Part shown: piece by piece, positions 38,152-45,006 of the stretch
Layout: every line of letters begins with the position of its first letter
How positions within the stretch are numbered: the stretch's first letter is position 1
Assembly: GCA_017436955.1 (NCBI GenBank)
Contig: JAFSCD010000012.1
Coordinates: 51,993-115,992, forward strand
DNA from: Oscillospiraceae bacterium
Lineage (GTDB): Bacteria > Bacillota > Clostridia > Oscillospirales > Oscillospiraceae
Length of the DNA: 64,000 bases
Direction of reading: 5' to 3'
Position numbers and translations under genes: made by a program
Notes under the pieces: generated by a model
Databases searched by the model: none
Told to the model about the DNA's origin: nothing
The model's input: the letters and a program-made list of their open reading frames with translations, nothing else

Positions 38152-40437
38152 TTACAACTGCTTTCTGATAATCTTGCCGCTGACGGTTTTGGGCAGGCTT
38201 TCCTTAAATTCCACGATACGGGGGTACTTGTAAGGCGCGGTTCTGCTCTTGACGTAGTTTTGGATCTCCTTGCGCAGCTCGTCGGTGCCTTCGTAGCCCT
38301 TGATCAGCACGATGCTGGCCTTGACTACCTGACCGCGAACCTCATCCGGTGCGGCGGAAACGCCACATTCCAGAACGTAGGGTAGCTCCATAATGACGTT
38401 TTCGATCTCAAAGGGTCCGATACGGTAGCCGGAGGACTTGATCACATCGTCCACACGACCCACGTACCAGAAGAAACCGTCCTCATCCTTCCACGCCAGA
38501 TCGCCGGTGTGGTAGAAGCCGTCACGCCAGGTCTCCGCGGTGATCTCCTCGTTGCCCTCGTAGCAATAGGCAAGACCGCAGGGCAGACCCTGGGAAATAT
38601 CAATGCAGATCTCGCCGGTCTCGCCGGATTCCACCTCGGCGCCTTCGGCGTCCAGCAGCTTTACGTTGTACAGCGGAACGGGCTTGCCCATAGCGCCGAA
38701 CTTGTGGCTGTCACCGGCCAGATTGCCGATGATCAGGGTGCTTTCGGACTGACCGAAGCCTTCCATGATCTTCAGACCCGTGGAAAGCTCAAACTGACGG
38801 AACACCTCGGGATTCAGCGCTTCGCCGGCGGTGGAGGCGTGCTGGATGGAGCTCAGGTCGTACTTGCTCAGATCCTGCTTGATCAACATTCTGTACATCG
38901 TAGGCGGTGCGCAGAAGGTGGTGATGTTGTACTTTGCGAACATGGGCAGGATCTTCTCGCCGTCGAAACGGTCAAAATCATACACGAAGATGGCTGCCTC
39001 GCAAAGCCACTGACCGTAGATCTTACCCCAGGAGGACTTTGCCCAGCCGGTGTCGGAAATGGTCAGGTGCAGGCCGTCGGGGTTGACCCGGTGCCAGTAT
39101 TTGGCGGTGATAAAGTGACCCAGAGGGTACTTGTAGTTGTGGGCTGTCAGCTTGGGATAGCCAGAGGTGCCGGAGGTGAAGAACATCAGCATGGGGTCGC
39201 TGCCGCAGGGCGCATCTTCCGCTCTTGCAAAGTGGGAGCTGAAGATGGGATATTCTTCGTTAAAATCGTGCCAGCCATCCCGGCTGCCGTTTACTAAAAT
39301 CTTATGCTTCAGACCCGGGCAGGAAGCAGCGGCTGCATCCACGGCATCGGCAACGATACCGTCGGCGGTGCAAAGAATGGCGCTGACGTTACCGGCCTGG
39401 AAGCGGTAAGTAAAGTCCTTTTCCAGCAGCTGATTGGTGGCAGGGATCGCCACAGCGCCCAGCTTGTGCAGCGCCAGTACAGCAAACCAGTACTGATAGT
39501 GGCGCTTTAGCACCAGCATCACACGGTCGCCCCGCTTGATGCCCAAACTCTTGAAATAGTTGGCAACTCTTGCGGATTCCTTCTTCATATCCCGGAAGGT
39601 AAAGCGCCGCTCGGTGCCGTCCTGCGCGACGTACAGCATCGCCAGCTTATCCGGCTTGCTGCGACCCAGCGCATCCACCACATCGAAGGCAAAGTTGAAT
39701 TTGTCCTCATCGTGGAAGGCGATCTTTTGCAGCTTGCCGTTTTCCACCGTGGGGTCGATGAAATTGCGGTAGATCCGGGGCTTTTTGTCCGGCGTCAGAC
39801 CCGTACCGGGCGTTTCCACAGCGGCAGCGGCTTCGCCGTCACGGGCAGCGGAATTGCTCAGCACAAAGGCGTAGAACGTACAGTCCTCGCCGCCGACGGC
39901 GATCATACCGTGGGGCGTACCGGAATCGTAGTAAATGCTGTCACCGGGGTGGAGGATCTCGGTCTTGCTGCCGATCTGGATGCGCATGGTACCGGAGATC
40001 ACGATGTCACATTCCTGACCCTCGTGGGTAACCAGCTCAATGTCCTTGTGTTCTGCACCGTCGTGGTACTTCAGCTCCATATACAGGGGCAGACCGATAC
40101 GGTTGCGGAAATCCGCCGCCAGGTTGTAGCCCACCATATGATGGGCTTCCTCGATGCGCTGACCTTCGCCTCGCCTTGTTAATGCATAGGAGCGCAGCTT
40201 CGCGCTGCGGCCTTCCAGCAGGTCGGAAAAGTCAACGCCGAAAATCAGAACGCACCGATACAGAAAAGCGATGCTCATATTCCGTTCACCGGCTTCGCAG
40301 CTGCGGTATTCTTCTACGGAAAGATCTGTCCGGGCAGCCATTTCTTCTTCAGAAAGTCCGTGCACCAGCCGAAGTTCCCGGATTCTGGCGGCGACCTCTT
40401 TAATTTTGTAGTCTGCTCCGGTCATATTTTGTTTCAT
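38152..40437 (-). CDS. XRE-HTH + cupin + AMP-forming acyl-CoA synthetase fusion (ACS2)
   Basis: N-terminal RIRELR...HTH, HEGQE...PHGM cupin; FTSGTSGYPK, EGFGQSE, TGD, GRVDD, LPKTVSGKI. Confidence 0.9.
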   Translation of the reverse strand: MKQNMTGADYKIKEVAARIRELRLVHGLSEEEMAARTDLSVEEYRSCEAGERNMSIAFLYRCVLIFGVDFSDLLEGRSAKLRSYALTRRGEGQRIEEAHHMVGYNLAADFRNRIGLPLYMELKYHDGAEHKDIELVTHEGQECDIVISGTMRIQIGSKTEILHPGDSIYYDSGTPHGMIAVGGEDCTFYAFVLSNSAARDGEAAAAVETPGTGLTPDKKPRIYRNFIDPTVENGKLQKIAFHDEDKFNFAFDVVDALGRSKPDKLAMLYVAQDGTERRFTFRDMKKESARVANYFKSLGIKRGDRVMLVLKRHYQYWFAVLALHKLGAVAIPATNQLLEKDFTYRFQAGNVSAILCTADGIVADAVDAAAASCPGLKHKILVNGSRDGWHDFNEEYPIFSSHFARAEDAPCGSDPMLMFFTSGTSGYPKLTAHNYKYPLGHFITAKYWHRVNPDGLHLTISDTGWAKSSWGKIYGQWLCEAAIFVYDFDRFDGEKILPMFAKYNITTFCAPPTMYRMLIKQDLSKYDLSSIQHASTAGEALNPEVFRQFELSTGLKIMEGFGQSESTLIIGNLAGDSHKFGAMGKPVPLYNVKLLDAEGAEVESGETGEICIDISQGLPCGLAYCYEGNEEITAETWRDGFYHTGDLAWKDEDGFFWYVGRVDDVIKSSGYRIGPFEIENVIMELPYVLECGVSAAPDEVRGQVVKASIVLIKGYEGTDELRKEIQNYVKSRTAPYKYPRIVEFKESLPKTVSGKIIRKQL

Positions 40438-40483
40438 AGAGCACCTCGTAAAATACTTTTTGAATCAAATGCTTAACAGAAAA

Positions 40484-40512
40484 AGTGTAACATTTATAGG
40501 GGTTGTTGTCAA
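40484..40512 (-). promoter_or_regulatory. Sigma-A promoter for ACS2-NTPase-vor-dehydrogenase
   Basis: Minus strand TTGACA (40512-40507), 17 nt, TACACT with an extended TG. Confidence 0.65.
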
Positions 40513-40581
40513 GAAATGTCTGGCAGACAGTTGCACAAAAACTGCCCCATCTATGCTGCTTTTTGCCCTTGCCTGCAGGGA

Positions 40582-42849
40582 TCAAAGCTTGTTGCGCTGG
40601 ATCTTGCCGGAGATGGTCTTGGGCAGCTCATCCCGGAACACCACGATACGGGGGTACTTATAGGGAGCGGTGTGCTGCTTGACGTAGTTCTGGATCTCTT
40701 TTTTCAGCGCTTCCGTGCCTTCCACGCCGGGTACCAGCACGATACTGGCCTTAACCACCTGACCGCGCACCTCGTCGGGCGCAGCGGAAACGCCACACTC
40801 CAGCACGTAGGGCAGCTCCATAATGGTGGATTCGATCTCGAAGGGTCCGATCCGGTAGCCGGAGGACTTGATCACATCGTCAGCGCGACCCACATACCAG
40901 TAGTAGCCATCCTCGTCACGCCAGGCCACGTCGCCGGTGTGATACATACCGTCGTGCCATACGCTGTCGGTGGCTTCCTGGTTGCGGTAATAGCCCAGAA
41001 ATACGCCGCAGGTAGGCTTGGGATCGGTGCGGATGACGATCTCACCGTTGACACCGTCCTCCACGGGGTTGCCGTCGGCATCCACGATGTCGATGCCGTA
41101 GCCGGGAACGGGCTTGCCCATAGCGCCGGGCTTGATGTTGGCGCCGTAAAGATTGGCGATGCCCAGGGTCATTTCCGTCTGACCGAAGCCTTCGTGGATC
41201 CGCAGACCCGTGGCCTTTTCAAACTGGTAGAACACCTCCGGATTCAGCGCTTCGCCGGCGGTGGTGGCGTGATGGATGGAAGAAAGATCGTATTTGCTCA
41301 GATCCTGCTTGATGAGCATTCTGTACATCGTAGGCGGTGCGCAGAAGGTGGTGATGCCGTACTTGGCGAACATAGGCAGGATCTTTTCTGCATCAAAACG
41401 GTCAAAGTCATAGGTAAACACAGCACCCTCGCACAGCCACTGACCGTAGAGCTTGCCCCACAGAGCCTTGCCCCAGCCGGTCTCGGAGATGGTAAAGTGC
41501 AGACCGTCGCGCTCGCACAGATGCCAGTATTTGGCGGTGACGTAGTGACCCAGCGCGTACTTGTAGGAATGGGTAGCCATCTTGGGATAGCCGGTGGTGC
41601 CGGAGGTGAACAGCATCAGCATAGGATCGCTGCCGCAGGGCGCATCCTCGGTGCGGACGTAGCGGCGGCTGAAGAGCTTGTATTCCTCGTTATAATCGTG
41701 CCAGCCCGCACGGCTGCCGCCTACCAGGATCTTGGTCAGGGGCATATTGGCAGACCTTTCTGCCAGCTCCACCTGCTCGGCGGTGTTGCCGTCAGCGGTG
41801 CAAAGCACGGCGGACACGTCGGCAGCCTGGAAGCGGTATACAAAATCGTGCTCCATCAGCTGGTTGGTGGCGGGGATGGCGATGGCGCCCAGCTTGTGCA
41901 AACCCAAAATGGCAAACCAGAACTGATAATGGCGCTTCAGCACCAGCATGACCCGGTCACCCTTCTTGATGCCCAGAGATTTGAAATAGTTGGCGCTCTG
42001 GGAAGAAGCGTCCTTCATATCCTTAAAGGTGAAGCGGCGCTCGGTCATATCACCTGCGATATGCAGCATCGCCAGCTTTTCCGGCTCCTGACGGGCGATG
42101 GCGTCCACGGTGTCGAAAGCGAAGTTGTAGCTCTCTTCGTCGGAGAAGGTCATACCCTGGAAAATGCCGTTTTCGTCCTCCTGCGCATTGACAAACCGGT
42201 TGCACAGCAGCTTCTGCTCCCGCTTGCCGGTGTGGCTCTGACCGATGTACAGAGGCTGGTCGGTGGTGTCAGATGCCATGATCATGGAAAGGAACACACA
42301 ATCCGCGCCATCCACGGCGATCATACCGTGGGGGGTGGAGGAGCGGTAGAAAACGGAGTCGCCCTCGTGCAGGACCTCCTCGTGGTCGCCGATCCGGATG
42401 CGCATAGCGCCCTTGACCACCAGGTTAAACTCCTGACCGGCGTGGGTGGTGGTATGGATGGGCTTGTTCTGCAGTTCGGCAGAATACTGATAGGTGACCC
42501 AGTAGGGGGTAGCCAGCTTCTTGCGGAACATAGGAGCCATATCCTGAATGGTGATGCCATCCTCGCTGGCGGTTACAAGACCCTTGCCCCGGCGGGTAAC
42601 GGTATAGCCGGAAAGCTTGGCGCTCTGACCTTCCAGAAGAACGGTGATCTCCACACCGAAAACCTTGGCGCACTTGTGCAAAAATGTAAAGGGCAGATCC
42701 ACAGTGCCGGATTCATACTGGCGGTAAATGTCTTCAGACACCTCCGTTTGCTCAGCCATTTTATGTGTGCTGTAGCCCAGAATTTCTCGCATACCTCTGA
42801 TGCGCGTTGCGATATCCATAAGCTGAGTAGAGGTATTTGTGTTGGTCAT
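40582..42849 (-). CDS. XRE-HTH + cupin + AMP-forming acyl-CoA synthetase fusion (ACS1)
   Basis: RIRGMRE HTH, HAGQEF...PHGM cupin; FTSGTTGYPK, EGFGQTE, TGD, LPKTISGKI; paralogue of ACS2. Confidence 0.9.
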   Translation of the reverse strand: MTNTNTSTQLMDIATRIRGMREILGYSTHKMAEQTEVSEDIYRQYESGTVDLPFTFLHKCAKVFGVEITVLLEGQSAKLSGYTVTRRGKGLVTASEDGITIQDMAPMFRKKLATPYWVTYQYSAELQNKPIHTTTHAGQEFNLVVKGAMRIRIGDHEEVLHEGDSVFYRSSTPHGMIAVDGADCVFLSMIMASDTTDQPLYIGQSHTGKREQKLLCNRFVNAQEDENGIFQGMTFSDEESYNFAFDTVDAIARQEPEKLAMLHIAGDMTERRFTFKDMKDASSQSANYFKSLGIKKGDRVMLVLKRHYQFWFAILGLHKLGAIAIPATNQLMEHDFVYRFQAADVSAVLCTADGNTAEQVELAERSANMPLTKILVGGSRAGWHDYNEEYKLFSRRYVRTEDAPCGSDPMLMLFTSGTTGYPKMATHSYKYALGHYVTAKYWHLCERDGLHFTISETGWGKALWGKLYGQWLCEGAVFTYDFDRFDAEKILPMFAKYGITTFCAPPTMYRMLIKQDLSKYDLSSIHHATTAGEALNPEVFYQFEKATGLRIHEGFGQTEMTLGIANLYGANIKPGAMGKPVPGYGIDIVDADGNPVEDGVNGEIVIRTDPKPTCGVFLGYYRNQEATDSVWHDGMYHTGDVAWRDEDGYYWYVGRADDVIKSSGYRIGPFEIESTIMELPYVLECGVSAAPDEVRGQVVKASIVLVPGVEGTEALKKEIQNYVKQHTAPYKYPRIVVFRDELPKTISGKIQRNKL

Positions 42850-42879
42850 GGGGGATCTCCTTTCTGAAACAATAAGAAA

Positions 42880-43135
42880 TAAAAAAACGCCTCAAGAAAA
42901 CTCTTGAGACGAGAATAAACCCGCGGTACCACTCAAATTGCGGCTTGCGCCGCCACTCATCGGACTCTATCAAGTCCTATCCTTTAACGCAGGCATACGG
43001 GAGCGCTTACTGAAAAACCGTTCAGCACTCCGGCTCGGAAGGGATGGGTACTTAGATCCTGCGCTGCCGGCTCACACCAACCGCCGGCTCTCTGAAAACG
43101 ATAAGATCTGACCGTCTTCGTCAAAGCTTTTTACC
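42880..43135 (-). promoter_or_regulatory. T-box riboswitch, Ile (ATC) specifier, upstream of ACS1
   Basis: Minus strand: AGAGAG/GGTGTGA stem-I loops, c-ATC-c-CTTC-CGA (ATC at 43045-43043), T-box GAGTGGTACCGCGG (42934-42921), terminator CGTCTCAAGAG...CTTGAGGCG-T7. The specifier context matches the ileS T-box in this window. Confidence 0.85.
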
Positions 43136-43310
43136 ATTGCACATAATGTAACACAACGAAAATCAAATGTCAATATGTACGCGGCAGAAAGTCAAATGTA
43201 TTTGTGTACAAAACAAGTGGAGGTAGGTGAGGATTTTTTGTACATATTTTTCAGTGATAAATATTGACAAACCGGGCTTGTTGTGGTTAAATGACTACAT
43301 TATAATAAAA

Positions 43311-43577
43311 ATAAAGACAGTGAAGGAAAATCTGCCCTTTCGTATACTGCTCCAGAGAGCCGGCGGTTGGTGTGAGCCGGTGCAAAAGGAATTGGCAGTC
43401 TGATTCCCGAGTTGGTCTTGTGAACGCATCCGCCAGTAATGAGATCCGGGCGCTCCCGTTACAGAGCTAGGGCTTGTTGGAGCCCGATGAGGGATCCCCT
43501 TTTCGGGGGATAAGCAGGGTGGTACCGCGAATTTACCGATTCGTCCCTGAGATCAGAGGATCTCAGGGCTTTTTTAT
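43311..43577 (+). promoter_or_regulatory. T-box riboswitch, Leu (CTG) specifier
   Basis: AGAGAG/GGTGTGA loops, t-CTG-a-TTCC-CGA (CTG 43400-43402), AGGGTGGTACCGCG (43516-43529), terminator CCCTGAGATC-AGAG-GATCTCAGGG-C-T7. Confidence 0.85.
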
Positions 43578-43593
43578 TGAAGGAGGACTTACT

Positions 43594-45006
43594 ATGAGAC
43601 AGATCCGAATCAGCGATGTGACAATGAAGCAGGCGACCGGAGAGTTCAGCCTGAGCTTTAAGGAGAAGATCGAGCTATCCAAGCTGCTGGATAAGCTGGG
43701 TGTCAGCGTGATCGAGCTGGAGGGCATTACCAGCGCCCGGATCGATGCTCTGCGGATCAAGTCCATCGCCGCAGCCGTTACCGCCAGCACCGTTGCCGTG
43801 CCGGTACAGCTGGAGACGGAAAGCGTAAATCAGACCTGGAGCGCCCTGAAGGAGGCAAAGAAGCCCCGTTTGCAGGTCTGCGCACCGGTCAGCTCCGTGC
43901 AGATGGAGTATCTGTTCCATAAAAAGCCCGATGCTATGCTGAAGGCAATTTCGCAGACCGTAGCCGCCTGCCGTGGGGTTTGCGCGGATGTGGAATTTAT
44001 TGCCGACGATGCAACCCGTAGCGACGGCGCGTTCCTGAGTCAGGCAATCAGCGCTGCCGTGGAAGCCGGTGCTACCACCGTTACGCTGTGCGACGCCGCC
44101 GGCACGATGCTGCCGGATGAGTTCGCTGCCTTTGTAGCCGAGGTTTGCGCCGCCAATCCCTGCCTTGCCGGTGTGGATGTGGGCGTTTGCTGCTCCGATG
44201 GGCTGAAAATGGCAGATTCCAGCGCCGTTGCCGCCATCCGTCAGGGCGCAGCGGAGGTGAAGACCGCTGCTTATCCCGTGGGTAGCGCGTCTCTTGCCAA
44301 CGTCGCCCGGATCCTTACCGCCCGGGGTGAAAGCCTGGAGGCGGCCTGCACCGTCAGCAGCACCCAGCTGGATCGCATCACAGAGCAGATCGCCTGGATG
44401 TGCCAGACCGGTCGCAGGAAGACCTCTCCTTTTGACAATGGCGTCCGTGATGAGGATCCCGGTATGTATCTGACCGTTCACGATGATTTGGGCAGCGTTA
44501 TCAAGGTCGTGGAGCATCTGGGCTACGATCTGTCCGAGGAGGACGCCCAGAAGGTGTTTGAAGCCTTCCGCACCATCGCCGCCAAGAAGGAAAAGGTCAG
44601 CGCCAAGGAGCTGGATGCCATCGTGGCTTCCGCAGCGATGCAGGTGCCGCCTACCTATACGCTGAAAACCTACGTGATCACTGCCGGCAATACCGTTTCC
44701 GCGACAGCCCATTTGAGCCTAATCAAGGATGGTGCTGTGCTGGAGGGCGTTTGTATCGGCGACGGCCCCATTGATGCCGCGTTTCTGGCGATCGAGCAGA
44801 TCACCGGCTGCCACTATGAGCTGGATGATTTCCAGATCCAGGCGGTGACCGAGGGTCGTGAGGCTATGGGTCAGACCGTGGTGAAGCTGCGCTCCGGCGG
44901 CAAGGTATACTCCGGTCGGGGTATCTCTACGGATATCGTGGGTGCCAGCATCCATGCCTACATCAGCGCCCTGAACAAGATCGTCTATGAGGAGGAAACG
45001 GTATGA
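43594..45006 (+). CDS. LeuA (2-isopropylmalate synthase)-like protein with degenerate catalytic motifs and an intact-looking C-terminal regulatory domain
   Basis: ISDVTMKQ in place of DTTLRDGEQ; VCCSDG in place of HxHND; C-terminal GDGPIDA...AVTEGREAMG...STDIVGASIHAYISALNKI. Confidence 0.8.
   Translation: MRQIRISDVTMKQATGEFSLSFKEKIELSKLLDKLGVSVIELEGITSARIDALRIKSIAAAVTASTVAVPVQLETESVNQTWSALKEAKKPRLQVCAPVSSVQMEYLFHKKPDAMLKAISQTVAACRGVCADVEFIADDATRSDGAFLSQAISAAVEAGATTVTLCDAAGTMLPDEFAAFVAEVCAANPCLAGVDVGVCCSDGLKMADSSAVAAIRQGAAEVKTAAYPVGSASLANVARILTARGESLEAACTVSSTQLDRITEQIAWMCQTGRRKTSPFDNGVRDEDPGMYLTVHDDLGSVIKVVEHLGYDLSEEDAQKVFEAFRTIAAKKEKVSAKELDAIVASAAMQVPPTYTLKTYVITAGNTVSATAHLSLIKDGAVLEGVCIGDGPIDAAFLAIEQITGCHYELDDFQIQAVTEGREAMGQTVVKLRSGGKVYSGRGISTDIVGASIHAYISALNKIVYEEETV

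Noticed and set aside
43067-43380. Invertible (phase-variable) promoter between 28-bp inverted repeats
   Set aside because: The repeats are the stem-I apices of two divergent T-boxes and no recombinase is nearby. Kept only as a duplication observation.
43594-45006. Calling this gene leuA or a pseudogene
   Set aside because: Catalytic motifs are missing, so the leuA symbol is unsupported. The frame, RBS and regulatory domain are intact, so it is not a pseudogene either.
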